Source of the DNA: an uncultured Acidobacteriota bacterium
GTDB lineage: Bacteria > Acidobacteriota > UBA6911 > RPQK01 > JAPXNP01
Direction of reading: 5' to 3'
NCBI GenBank assembly: GCA_963777605.1
Contig: CAVZRV010000007.1
Location: 480,001 to 544,000 of the forward strand
DNA length: 64,000 nt
In this document: positions 1-9,173 of the stretch, piece after piece
Numbering within the stretch: position 1 is the stretch's first letter
How the letters are laid out: each line of letters opens with the position of its first letter
Notes under the pieces: model-generated
What the model was told of the DNA's origin: nothing
Databases searched by the model: none
What the model saw: only the letters and a program-made list of their open reading frames with translations
Made by a program: the position numbers and the translations under genes

Positions 1-2098
1 TCTCGTCTTCCCAAACTGTGGCCAGGGCGCTTCCGTTGAGGAGCAAAAGGACAACCGGCTTCCCAGTCTCAACCAGTTGCTTCAACAGCACCTCCTGGGT
101 CCGCGGCAACCGAATTTCAGTCCGATCGCCCCCCAGGAAACCTTCGACTTTGACTGGCATTTCCTCCCCTTCCAGCTGAGGCGAGAGCCCACCGGTAAAG
201 AGGATGACATCGGACTTCACGGCGATCTCCAAAGCCGTCTCCACGTCTTCCGCTCCTGGCCGGGACCAGACCAGCTGCAATTGGGGATCAGCGCTCCGGT
301 TTCGATACTCAATCCGCAACGAATAGAACCTTCCCCCCTCCAGTTCGACCTCTTTCACCTTCTGGATTGGATGATGGACACCGTCGTAGCTCACCAGTTC
401 CACGCCATCGAGAAAAACCCTGTAGGCGGTGAGACCGTTGGCACCGATCCGGAAAGTTCCCGATTCCGGGGCGCGCAGGGACCCTTCCCATCGAACTGAG
501 AAGGAGTCGGCGAGGGCACCCGAAATCGGAGTAGCATTGCGCCAGATGAAATCAACTACCGGATCGAGCCGGTTGAACGCGGGCTGTCCATCAAAGGAAT
601 CTCCCTCATAGTACGCTCCGGTGAGTCCACGGTCTCGGGCATCCCCGTCCACGGGGAAGAGAACCTCTGACGGGATGGGAACCACTGGAGGAACATTGGG
701 AGCGATATCACAGCCACGCGAGTAGTAAACCTTCGTATTGGGCCCTACCTTCCGCCGAATCCCTTCGAGTGCGGTGACCGAACGCTCCGGAGTGCCGTTG
801 TAGTTCCCAAGCAGAACGAAGGGGTCGTCGGCGTTGGGCCCGATCACCGCGATTGAATCCAGGTCCTTCCTCAAAGGAAGCTGGTTCCCGTCATTCTTGA
901 GCAGGACGATCGACTTGCGCGCCGCCTCCAGCGCTGCCTCTTTGTGCGCCGGGCTGTTGTTGACGTCATAGGGGATCCTCGCGTACGGAACCCGTTCCGG
1001 TGGATCAAACATACCCAGCCGAAAGCGGGTGTCGAACAGTCTCCGCACGGCACGGTCCAGGGCATTCTCGTCGATCAGGTTCAGGTTCAGGGCCTTACCC
1101 AGCGCGGAGTAGGTCGATCCGCAGTTCAGGTCTGTTCCCGCCTTGACGGACAGGGCCGCCGCTTCAGCGGGTGTCTTGACGATCTTGTGCCCATCATAGA
1201 TGTCTGAGACGGCTCCGCAGTCCGACACCACGTACCCTTCAAAACCCCACTCTCCGCGCAGGATCTGGTCGAGCAGCAGGCTGCTCCCACAGCAGGCTTG
1301 CCCTTCGTAACGGTTGTAAGCGCACATGATCGACTCGACGCCGGCCTGCCTTACCGTCGCCTCGAAAGCGGCCAGATAAGTAGTTCGCAGATCCCGGACG
1401 CTGGTTACGGCATCGAAGCTGTGCCGCGAAGGTTCCGGCCCGCTGTGAACAGCAAAATGCTTGGCCGTCGCCACCACCTTGAGATACTTGTCATCGTCTC
1501 CCTGAAGCCCTCGAATGAACGAAACCGCCATAGCCCCGGTCAGGTAGGGGTCTTCTCCATAGGTTTCCTGCCCCCGGCCCCAACGGGGGTCCCGAAAGAT
1601 GTTGATGTTGGGAGTCCAGAAGGTCAGCCCCTGGTAGATGCCATGCATTCCACGTCGGAGAAACTCCTGATGTTTCGCCCGGGCCTCGTCGGAAATCACC
1701 GTCGCAACCTGCTGCATGAACCGGGGATCCCAGGTTGCTGCCAGTCCGATCGCCTGGGGAAAGACGGTTGCCAGGCCGGCCCGGCCCACCCCGTGAAGAC
1801 ATTCGTTCCACCAGTTGTAAGCGGGGATCCCCAACCGTTCGATGGCCGGGGCATCATAGACCATCTGAGAGATCTTCTCCTCGGGGGTCATTCGGGAGAG
1901 AAGATCGTCCAGACGCTGCTCCAGGGGAAGGTCGGGATTCTGAAACGGAAACGTCGGCTGGCCAAACACTTGAACCGCGAAAACGGATAGGAACCCCGCG
2001 AAGAGCCCGATCCGGGCGGCCCACCTGAACAATGCCAGGCCCTCTGCGATTCCACGGAACAAGACTGCACACGATCGACAAGGCGTTGGATGAAACAT
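1..2098 (-). CDS. Secreted glycoside hydrolase family 3 (beta-glucosidase/xylosidase) with PA14 insert; 3' end runs off the window
   Basis: Not in the ORF track because it is open at the edge. Manual translation from ATG 2098 (AGGAGG RBS upstream) gives MFHPTP...FQNPDLPLEQRLDDLLSRMTPEEK, PNINIFRDPRWGRGQETYGEDP, KHFAV, the GYVVSDCGAV nucleophile motif and PA14-like GLTGAYY...LDPVVDFIW. Confidence 0.93.
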   Translation of the reverse strand, partial: MFHPTPCRSCAVLFRGIAEGLALFRWAARIGLFAGFLSVFAVQVFGQPTFPFQNPDLPLEQRLDDLLSRMTPEEKISQMVYDAPAIERLGIPAYNWWNECLHGVGRAGLATVFPQAIGLAATWDPRFMQQVATVISDEARAKHQEFLRRGMHGIYQGLTFWTPNINIFRDPRWGRGQETYGEDPYLTGAMAVSFIRGLQGDDDKYLKVVATAKHFAVHSGPEPSRHSFDAVTSVRDLRTTYLAAFEATVRQAGVESIMCAYNRYEGQACCGSSLLLDQILRGEWGFEGYVVSDCGAVSDIYDGHKIVKTPAEAAALSVKAGTDLNCGSTYSALGKALNLNLIDENALDRAVRRLFDTRFRLGMFDPPERVPYARIPYDVNNSPAHKEAALEAARKSIVLLKNDGNQLPLRKDLDSIAVIGPNADDPFVLLGNYNGTPERSVTALEGIRRKVGPNTKVYYSRGCDIAPNVPPVVPIPSEVLFPVDGDARDRGLTGAYYEGDSFDGQPAFNRLDPVVDFIWRNATPISGALADSFSVRWEGSLRAPESGTFRIGANGLTAYRVFLDGVELVSYDGVHHPIQKVKEVELEGGRFYSLRIEYRNRSADPQLQLVWSRPGAEDVETALEIAVKSDVILFTGGLSPQLEGEEMPVKVEGFLGGDRTEIRLPRTQEVLLKQLVETGKPVVLLLLNGSALATVWEDE

Positions 2099-2205
2099 CT
2101 CTGCTATCCTCCTGAAGGGATCCAGCCAGTGACGCTAGCATAGAACCGGTAGACTGCCAACGTCCTCCTGACCATCAATGACGGACGAGGCAGTACAATG
2201 GAGTC

Positions 2206-2457
2206 ATGGACATCGAGCTGGTCGGGCACTTCCATTCCCGCCTCGAGGCCGAGGCCATCGCCAATGCTCTTTCCCAGTACGATATCCCTACCTTGATCCG
2301 CGGCGAGGATTTTGGGATCTTCGGCCCCGGGCACTCGGGAGCGACTCCGCAGGGGGTTTCCCTGTGGGTTCCTGCCGATCGCATAGCCCAGGTCAAAGAA
2401 CTCATGACTTGCCTCTTCCAACCCGAACCGGTCGAGAATGACGAAACGGAAGACTGA
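2206..2457 (+). CDS. DUF2007-like small protein (putative signal-transducing)
   Basis: 83 aa, GGAG RBS, pattern F-x-SRLEAEAIANAL...GVSLWVP typical of DUF2007. Confidence 0.7.
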   Translation: MDIELVGHFHSRLEAEAIANALSQYDIPTLIRGEDFGIFGPGHSGATPQGVSLWVPADRIAQVKELMTCLFQPEPVENDETED

Positions 2458-2547
2458 CCTGGCACCGCCGGACTGGTGGCGAAACGCTTCTGACTTACGC
2501 ATCGAACCGTAGAATGTTAAGCTTCTGAAGTTCTTCGCGCAGTCGTC

Positions 2548-3732
2548 ATGAGTGCATCTGTATCCGTCTCGAACCTGACCAAGATCTACCGCCAGTATCA
2601 CGGCCCGCGGGCCCTGTTTCGAGGGCTCTTTTTCGGCCACCCTCCACAGACGGTGGTCGAAGCACTCAGGGAGATCAGCTTCCAGGTGCAACCCGGAGAG
2701 GCTTTCGGTATTGTCGGGGACAACGGCGCCGGCAAAAGCACTCTCCTGAAGATCCTGACGGGAACCGCCGAGCCAAGTTCAGGCTCGGTGAATACCGATG
2801 GGGAGGTCGCCGCGCTGCTCGAGTTGGGCGTCGGATTCCACCCCGATTTTACCGGGCGGGAAAACATCTACTTCACCGGGGCCATGATGGGTCTGAGGCG
2901 CGAGGAACTTCGGGAGCGGGAATCAGAGATCATCGCCTTCAGCGAACTCGAACAGTTTATCGACGAACCAGTCAAGACCTACTCCTCCGGAATGTACGTG
3001 AGGCTCGGGTTTGCCGTGGCAACCGGTTTTGAGTTCTCCATCCTCATCATCGACGAGGCGCTCGCCGTCGGGGACCAGCGCTTCCAGAAGAAGTGTACCG
3101 ATCGGATTCTCCGTTTCAGGAAACAGGGCAAGACGATTCTGTTCTGCTCCCACAACCTGTACCAGGTCCGCACGCTGTGCGGGAGAGCCCTCTGGCTGGA
3201 CAAAGGACGCCCGATGGCTCTCGGGCCGGCACCGGACGTGGTGGAAGCGTACACCAGCTTTACACGGGACAACGGCAGCGATGGGACAACTCCGGTTGCA
3301 CCACGGGTCGCGCCTCAGCCCGACGTCTGCTGGATCGAATCCTGCCAGCTCAAGGACTCTGAAGGACAAACTCAGGATTCGTTTTGCTCCGGCGATACGT
3401 TGGTGCTCGAAATCGTGGGGATTTTTCAAGAACACTTCGAAGGACGACCCGCAATCGGATTGTCGTTGTTGCGAAACGATGGTGTCGTCCTGTACACCGG
3501 GTCGACGGCGATGGATCGAGTCGCCCTGGAGCCTCTCGGTGGAAACCGTTTCGGAGCCCGGTTCGAACTGTCCGACTGCCCCCTGCTGGCGGGCCAGTAT
3601 TGTTTTCACCTGTACGCGACCGATCAGGACTACCTCCAGTCCTATGACATCGTTGAGCGGGCAGCCCCGTTCACGATCTCTGATTCGGGACCCGATGTCG
3701 GGCTGGTCCGACTCCCTCACCGGTGGCTTTGA
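2548..3732 (+). CDS. wzt: Polysaccharide ABC exporter ATP-binding subunit with C-terminal Wzt-C domain
   Basis: Walker A GDNGAGKST, YSSGMYVRLGF signature, IIDEALAVGD Walker B, and a C-terminal beta-sandwich with LLAGQY. Confidence 0.9.
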   Translation: MSASVSVSNLTKIYRQYHGPRALFRGLFFGHPPQTVVEALREISFQVQPGEAFGIVGDNGAGKSTLLKILTGTAEPSSGSVNTDGEVAALLELGVGFHPDFTGRENIYFTGAMMGLRREELRERESEIIAFSELEQFIDEPVKTYSSGMYVRLGFAVATGFEFSILIIDEALAVGDQRFQKKCTDRILRFRKQGKTILFCSHNLYQVRTLCGRALWLDKGRPMALGPAPDVVEAYTSFTRDNGSDGTTPVAPRVAPQPDVCWIESCQLKDSEGQTQDSFCSGDTLVLEIVGIFQEHFEGRPAIGLSLLRNDGVVLYTGSTAMDRVALEPLGGNRFGARFELSDCPLLAGQYCFHLYATDQDYLQSYDIVERAAPFTISDSGPDVGLVRLPHRWL

Positions 3733-3814
3733 CCGAAACCGGGTTCGCCGGAGCTGCAGCCGGGGTTGCTATGTGGTTTCCGGCCGGGACTGCCGGTAAA
3801 CTGTGCAGCGATGA

Positions 3815-4810
3815 TTGCAGGATCCGGAAGTGGATTCGAAGAAGAGCGCGCCGATGAACTGGGGAAAGACCGCCGCAAATCTGGATTACTCCCTCGCACT
3901 GCCGATTCTGGGAAGGCTCCCAGTTTCCCTTGCCTACCGGCTGTCGGACATTCGTGCCGCGATTCGTAACCGGCTCCGGAAAGCCAGCCGCGAGCGCGCA
4001 GTCCAGAACCTGGCCCTGGCGTTTCCGGACCTGGAACCTCGCCAACACTGGGAGATGGCTCTCGACAGCCTCCGAATAGTCGCCCGGGACGAATTGGAAA
4101 CCTACTGGTATGACTGCTCCCTCTCCTTTCTCGAATCCCGCATCGACGAGAGCAATTTTGAGATCATCCGGGAGGTGGCCCGGAGAGGACGCGGCGTCCT
4201 CTTGTGTACCGGCCACATGGGGAATCCCGGAATCTTCCTCGCCATGGCCGGCCGTTCCGGTTTCCCCATCAACCTTGTCTTTCGTCCAATCGACGATTTC
4301 CCGCTGAATCCTCCTGGATGGCTGCGTTTTGGAAGAAACCGGGTGGAGAAGCTTCAGCAACTCTCCGAGCGGCCTGTCCTGTACGCCGGCAAGGTCAGCT
4401 ATTTTCACCTGCGCCGCCTTCTGCGCATGAACGAGTCGGTGATGATGGCAATCGACGTCGTCCCATCGTTGATTGGAAGGAGCGTGAGGGCAAGGTTGCT
4501 CGGACGAACCTGTTCATTCCCGGAAGGCATCCCGAGGCTCTGTCTGGACACTCGCCCGAGTGTTCTCTTCTGGAGCGTCCAGCGGATCCCGGAAGACAGG
4601 TATTCCTTTGTCTTCGAGGATCTAACGGAAGCGCTCGAGGCATTGCACACGGTCGAAGATATCGGGCAGGAACTGGTTTCATGCCTGGAACGGCGCATCC
4701 GGGTGGACCCGGCTGCCTGGATGCAGTGGGATGCGTTCGACCAGTTCTTTACCTCGGACGACCGAGCCGGGGAAGCTCTCCCAGATCCTCTGGGAAACAG
4801 CCCTCGTTAG
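3815..4810 (+). CDS. Lysophospholipid/lipid A-type acyltransferase (LPLAT family); start uncertain (alternative ATG 3854)
   Basis: NLALAFP, GRGVLLCTGHMGN and P-x-x-WMQW motifs of the LpxL-like family. Confidence 0.75.
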   Translation: MQDPEVDSKKSAPMNWGKTAANLDYSLALPILGRLPVSLAYRLSDIRAAIRNRLRKASRERAVQNLALAFPDLEPRQHWEMALDSLRIVARDELETYWYDCSLSFLESRIDESNFEIIREVARRGRGVLLCTGHMGNPGIFLAMAGRSGFPINLVFRPIDDFPLNPPGWLRFGRNRVEKLQQLSERPVLYAGKVSYFHLRRLLRMNESVMMAIDVVPSLIGRSVRARLLGRTCSFPEGIPRLCLDTRPSVLFWSVQRIPEDRYSFVFEDLTEALEALHTVEDIGQELVSCLERRIRVDPAAWMQWDAFDQFFTSDDRAGEALPDPLGNSPR

Positions 4811-5832
4811 AACCGGTTCCGCAGCTTCTCCATCAAAGTCAGGCCACGCGGGTTCATGCCCCGCAGAGGATTGTCAAAGCCCCGGCAGCCGTCCCGTTCC
4901 AGGACTTTCCCGGTTTCGTTCCAATAGAGACGTCGGTCTTGGCGCCACAGGCTTCCACGAACCGTCTTCCAGAATGAAGCTTTGCGAGTGGGGTTCGAAT
5001 CCGGCGTCGTGAACCGCACTGTCATGGCCCGCCGGGTCACCGCGGGACGCAAAATCCTTCGAGCCCCGTGAACCATCAGCGGGTGCCAGAGCACGGCCTC
5101 ACCTTTCTTCAGCAGGAGGTCCTCAGACTCCATGCCCGCCTCCTGGGCCCGGGCAAGGACAAACCGGTGCGCCGGGAGGTAGTCTTCCTCCGAATTGATT
5201 TGGAAGCGCCCCGCTTCGAACTCGTACAAGGGGAGCCGATGCGAACCCGGAACTAGGTAAGGGGGCCCGCTCTCGATCGTAATGTCCTCCAAAGGGACCC
5301 ATGCGGTGAGAAGATGGGCCGGCGGATTCACCTCGATATAGACAGCATCCCGACAGGCAGGCTCACTCCAGCCAAATTCCCCAAATGAAGACTCGAAGGC
5401 GATCGCCGGGTTATCGAAGATGAGTTCAACATATTCGAAGATCCGGCGATGAAGGTAGATCTGGAGAGCGGCCGGGGAATGGGAGTGCAGGTCCAGAAGC
5501 CGGGTTGGCGCCATGCGCTCCCAGCGTTCCCGACTGTCGGCCATCGACCTCGGTTGCTCCACGAAGACATAGGCGAGGTCAACCGGCTTGTCCCTCCAGA
5601 TTCGGTCCACATCCGACCGAATTCCTTCGCTGATCGTATCGATGTCGTCGAGTTGAATGGTCAGAAAGCCGTTCCGAACAAACTCGCACAACTTCTCGGC
5701 CTTCCCGGAAGAAAGCCGGCCGGCCGCAAACCGGGATTCGACCCGTTCCAGGGCATCCTCCTGATCCAGCCACAGACGACTTTCCAGCATCTTAGAATGG
5801 TCCAACATCAATCTCTGTGCCTTTCCAGCCAA
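4807..5832 (-). CDS. Phytanoyl-CoA dioxygenase (PhyH)-family protein; start possibly ATG 5808
   Basis: TAWVPLEDITIESGP, VPGSHRLP and KGEAVLWHPLMVHG motifs. Confidence 0.8.
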   Translation of the reverse strand: MAGKAQRLMLDHSKMLESRLWLDQEDALERVESRFAAGRLSSGKAEKLCEFVRNGFLTIQLDDIDTISEGIRSDVDRIWRDKPVDLAYVFVEQPRSMADSRERWERMAPTRLLDLHSHSPAALQIYLHRRIFEYVELIFDNPAIAFESSFGEFGWSEPACRDAVYIEVNPPAHLLTAWVPLEDITIESGPPYLVPGSHRLPLYEFEAGRFQINSEEDYLPAHRFVLARAQEAGMESEDLLLKKGEAVLWHPLMVHGARRILRPAVTRRAMTVRFTTPDSNPTRKASFWKTVRGSLWRQDRRLYWNETGKVLERDGCRGFDNPLRGMNPRGLTLMEKLRNRF

Positions 5833-5989
5833 CCGGAACTCGGAAGGTGACGTCCGGGACCGATGGCCGAGCGAACAGCCTGCCCGGACAATGATACAGC
5901 GGTAGCGGCCGGGCCGACAGGATCCGCCAACGGCGTAGTAGCCGCACGCTCACTTGCTCACGACAACACGATCCCGCTATGCTCACAGG

Positions 5990-7171
5990 GTGACCAAACA
6001 GATCCCGATATTCCGACCGGCTTTTGGCCCGGAAGAACTTGATGCGCTCGCCCAGGTTTTCAAGAGTGGCTGGCTTGGGCCCGGGCCCAAAGCGGCCCAG
6101 TTTGAAGAACGGTTCGCCTCCTACGTTGGGGCCAACCAGGCCGTTTCGGTAACCAGTTGCACGGCGGCGCTGCACCTGACGCTGCTGGCGTTGGGTCTCG
6201 GTCCCGGAGACGAGGTCCTGGTGCCTTCGCTCTCGTTCGCGTCAACGGCTCACGCAGCTCTCTTCTGCGGCTGCTCGGTGACTTTCGTCGATGTCGAACC
6301 CGCTACCTGCACCCTGGATCCGACGGACCTGGCTGCCAAAATTACGCCTCGCAGCCGGGCGGTTATCCCGGTGCACTACGGCGGACATGCCGCGCAGATG
6401 GACCGGATCTGGGATCTCTCGGAAGCGCACGGTATCCACGTGATCGAGGATGCTGCTCACGCCTGCGGCGCATCGTACCGGGGCAGCCGCACCGGCGGAC
6501 ACCGTCGATCGGCTGCTACCTGCTTCAGTTTCAATACCTTGAAGAATCTCTCAACGGGAGATGGCGGGATGGTCACGACCCATTCCAGCGAGTTGTCCGA
6601 CACGATTCGCCGGCTGCGCTGGATGGGAATCAACCGCAATACGTTTGAACGCACCACCGGGGTGGCCGAGACATCTGAAGAGAACCCGCTTCCCCGCTAC
6701 GAGTGGTACTACGAGATTGCGGAACTCGGCTACAAGTACATCATGAATGACATCGCGGCGACGCTGGGGCTCGTTCAACTCGAGAAGTTTCCGGCGATGC
6801 AGGCCCGGCGCCGGGAGATGGTCCGTTACTATCGGGAAGCACTCGCGGGATTGGATTGGCTCTCCCTGCCCGTCGAAAAAGACTATTGCGAGAGTGCCTG
6901 GCACCTCTTCGCAGTTCGGACGCCTTACCGCGATAGACTCCGCAAGCATCTGCAGGACCAGGCTATCGCAACCAGCGTTCACTACTACCCGCTTCACCTG
7001 CAGCCCCTCTACCGGAATCGCCGACGGGTCAGCCTGCCCGTTACCGAGCAACTCGCCCGCGAACTGTTGACGATCCCGTTTCACCCCAACCTCGAGTTCG
7101 AGGAAATTGATCGTGTGATCGACGCAGTCCGCTCGTTCGAACCCTGTGTCGTTCCATCAACCGGAGCCTGA
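5990..7171 (+). CDS. DegT/DnrJ/EryC1/StrS PLP-dependent sugar aminotransferase
   Basis: SCTAALHL, IEDAAHA and SFNTLKNLSTGDGG (Schiff-base Lys); GTG start chosen by homology. Confidence 0.93.
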   Translation: MTKQIPIFRPAFGPEELDALAQVFKSGWLGPGPKAAQFEERFASYVGANQAVSVTSCTAALHLTLLALGLGPGDEVLVPSLSFASTAHAALFCGCSVTFVDVEPATCTLDPTDLAAKITPRSRAVIPVHYGGHAAQMDRIWDLSEAHGIHVIEDAAHACGASYRGSRTGGHRRSAATCFSFNTLKNLSTGDGGMVTTHSSELSDTIRRLRWMGINRNTFERTTGVAETSEENPLPRYEWYYEIAELGYKYIMNDIAATLGLVQLEKFPAMQARRREMVRYYREALAGLDWLSLPVEKDYCESAWHLFAVRTPYRDRLRKHLQDQAIATSVHYYPLHLQPLYRNRRRVSLPVTEQLARELLTIPFHPNLEFEEIDRVIDAVRSFEPCVVPSTGA

Positions 7172-8165
7172 GAACGTGGGAGCAGACCGCAAAGCCACTC
7201 TGTTGATGATCAACTACAACGGCCGGCCCGACCTCGAGGACCTCCTGAATTCGCTCGCGGCCCAGTCAACGGACGACTTCGATCCCATCTTTCTCGACAA
7301 CGCCTCTCAGGACGGAAGCGTTGACTACGTCCGGGAGAACTTTCCCCGGGTGAAGGTCTGGGCCCAGGACACCAACCTCGGCTACGCGCGGGCCGCCAAC
7401 ATCGGGACGGCCAGGTTTCCAACCGAATACACCGTCTTCCTGAACACCGACATCCGGATGGAGCCCGACTGCATCGAACAGCTCATCGCCGTGGCCGACT
7501 CGGATCCCCGAATCGCCTGTGTGGCCGCCAAGATGAGGCTCTTCTATCAACCCGAATACCTCAACGGAGTCGGGGGAGCCATGAACTACATGGGCTACAC
7601 CTGGGACCGGGGCATGTTCGAGCTTGACGAGGGCCAATATGACCGGATCGAGGACGTGATCTTCGCCTGTGGTGGGGCTGCACTGGTCCGCCGATCCGCA
7701 TTCCTCGATGCGCGAGGTTACGACACCGGGTTCTACATGTACCACGAGGACGTCGATCTCTGCTGGCGGTTCTGGCTGCTGGGGCACCGGGTAGTCACGG
7801 CCCCTCAGTCGGTGGTCTACCACAAGTTCAGTCGGTCAACCCGGGACAACCGAGGCATGACGTGGCGGGAATTGATCGGCGAGCGCAACAACGTGCGCGC
7901 CATGATCAAGAACTATGAGACCTCGACGTTGCGTCGATCAATCCGTGACCTGCTCCGCCAGCCTCGGAAACCCGAGCGCCGAAAACAGATGCTCCGCAAC
8001 CTCCGCTGGAACGTCATCCATCTCCCCCAAACCCTCTGGCATCGAAGCTTCGTTCAGCGACGACGGCGAGTAACCGACGCCCAACTCACCCATCTCATCG
8101 ATGCCAGCCCGGAAGTTCCGGTCGATACCTCCGGGTTCACACTTGGAGAGATCAAAAGCTTCTGA
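7146..8165 (+). CDS. Glycosyltransferase family 2
   Basis: INYNG, LDNASQDGS, NLGYARAAN, FLNTD and FYMYHEDVDLCWR motifs. Confidence 0.92.
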   Translation: MSFHQPEPENVGADRKATLLMINYNGRPDLEDLLNSLAAQSTDDFDPIFLDNASQDGSVDYVRENFPRVKVWAQDTNLGYARAANIGTARFPTEYTVFLNTDIRMEPDCIEQLIAVADSDPRIACVAAKMRLFYQPEYLNGVGGAMNYMGYTWDRGMFELDEGQYDRIEDVIFACGGAALVRRSAFLDARGYDTGFYMYHEDVDLCWRFWLLGHRVVTAPQSVVYHKFSRSTRDNRGMTWRELIGERNNVRAMIKNYETSTLRRSIRDLLRQPRKPERRKQMLRNLRWNVIHLPQTLWHRSFVQRRRRVTDAQLTHLIDASPEVPVDTSGFTLGEIKSF

Positions 8166-8310
8166 GACAGGAGACAGGAATCTTACCTTTTCCGGTTTCC
8201 GGTTCATGGTTCCACGTTCAAGCTTTCGTGGGAGCGTGCCTAAAACCGCAATTGGATTCATTGGACAGCCTCGGGGCTCAGCGATGTCGGAACCATAAGC
8301 CGTGGAAAAC

Positions 8311-8409
8311 GTGGTGTTTCAATCTGGGGTGCCGGAAGCGACAGCTTCCGCTTTTGCCCGACACGGCACGATCCAAACTTCATCAGGAAGCGCAAGCTTC
8401 CGTTGCCAC
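8311..8409 (-). ncRNA. Hammerhead-ribozyme-like fold (type III topology) with a non-canonical cleavage triplet
   Basis: Minus strand reads GAAGC-UUGC-GCUUC (stem I), CUGAUGA, AGUUUGG...CCAGAUU (stem II), GAAAC, and CCAC/GUGG (stem III). The NUH triplet is absent. Confidence 0.35.
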
Positions 8410-8471
8410 TTCCCCGGGGCACAGGACCGCATAACATTTGAGATTCTCGGCTTATGGGGCGTCTGGCCAAC

Positions 8472-8501
8472 TTGGATCAAGATCAACAGATTTGGTAATA
8501 T
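8472..8501 (+). promoter_or_regulatory. Putative sigma70 promoter for efp
   Basis: TTGGAT-18 nt-TAATAT with an extended -10 TG, about 85 nt before the efp ATG. Confidence 0.45.
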
Positions 8502-8585
8502 TCGCCTTTTGCAGCCTCGGAAATCCGGGGCCAGGGCGGAGACCATTCGGTTTGCCGCCTCCTTCGAACGAGAGAGAGAACCGCC

Positions 8586-9146
8586 ATGAATGCGAGTCAT
8601 ATTCGTCGGGGAATGGTCATCCTGTTCAACGGGGAACCCCACAAAGTCATGGACTTTCAGCACCGGACGCCGGGCAATCTGCGTGCCTTCGTTCAGGCGA
8701 AGCTGCGCAACATCTCTTCCGGGACATCCTTCGACTATCGCTTCAGTTCGACGGAGACTGTCGAGCGGGCAATTCTCGAACAGCATGAGATGGAGTATCT
8801 CTATGCCGACGGGACTCTGCACCACTTCATGAACACGGAAACCTTTGAACAGTTCCCCCTCGATGAAGAGACCCTGGGAGATGCCTTGAACTACCTGCTT
8901 CCTGGCAGCAAGATCCAGATCGAATTCTTCAACGGTCAGCCAATCTCCGTGGAGCCACCTTCCGCGGTGGATCTGACCGTTGTTGAGACGGAGCCCGAGC
9001 TCAGAGGCGCCACTGCTTCGGCCAGCTACAAGCCCGCCAAGCTGGAGACCGGACTGATGGTGCAGGTCCCCCCGTTCATCAAGGAGGGTGACGTGGTCCG
9101 GATCAACACGACGGATGGTTCTTACCTGACCCGGGCCAAGTCCTGA
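8586..9146 (+). CDS. efp: Translation elongation factor P
   Basis: Full-length 186 aa; [19 protein letters not shown] and RINT...Y motifs. The loop tip is PGNL rather than PGKG. Confidence 0.97.
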   Translation: MNASHIRRGMVILFNGEPHKVMDFQHRTPGNLRAFVQAKLRNISSGTSFDYRFSSTETVERAILEQHEMEYLYADGTLHHFMNTETFEQFPLDEETLGDALNYLLPGSKIQIEFFNGQPISVEPPSAVDLTVVETEPELRGATASASYKPAKLETGLMVQVPPFIKEGDVVRINTTDGSYLTRAKS

Positions 9147-9173
9147 TTGCAGAGCCGGCGCCGGGCGGGACAG

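Noticed and set aside
77-2028. Several plus-strand ORFs (for example 77-499 and 1298-1990)
   Set aside because: They are antisense shadows of the GH3 gene, which the ORF track missed because it runs off the window.
8302-8589. 95-aa ORF overlapping the efp start
   Set aside because: No recognisable motifs; it spans a hairpin-rich segment and the likely efp promoter.
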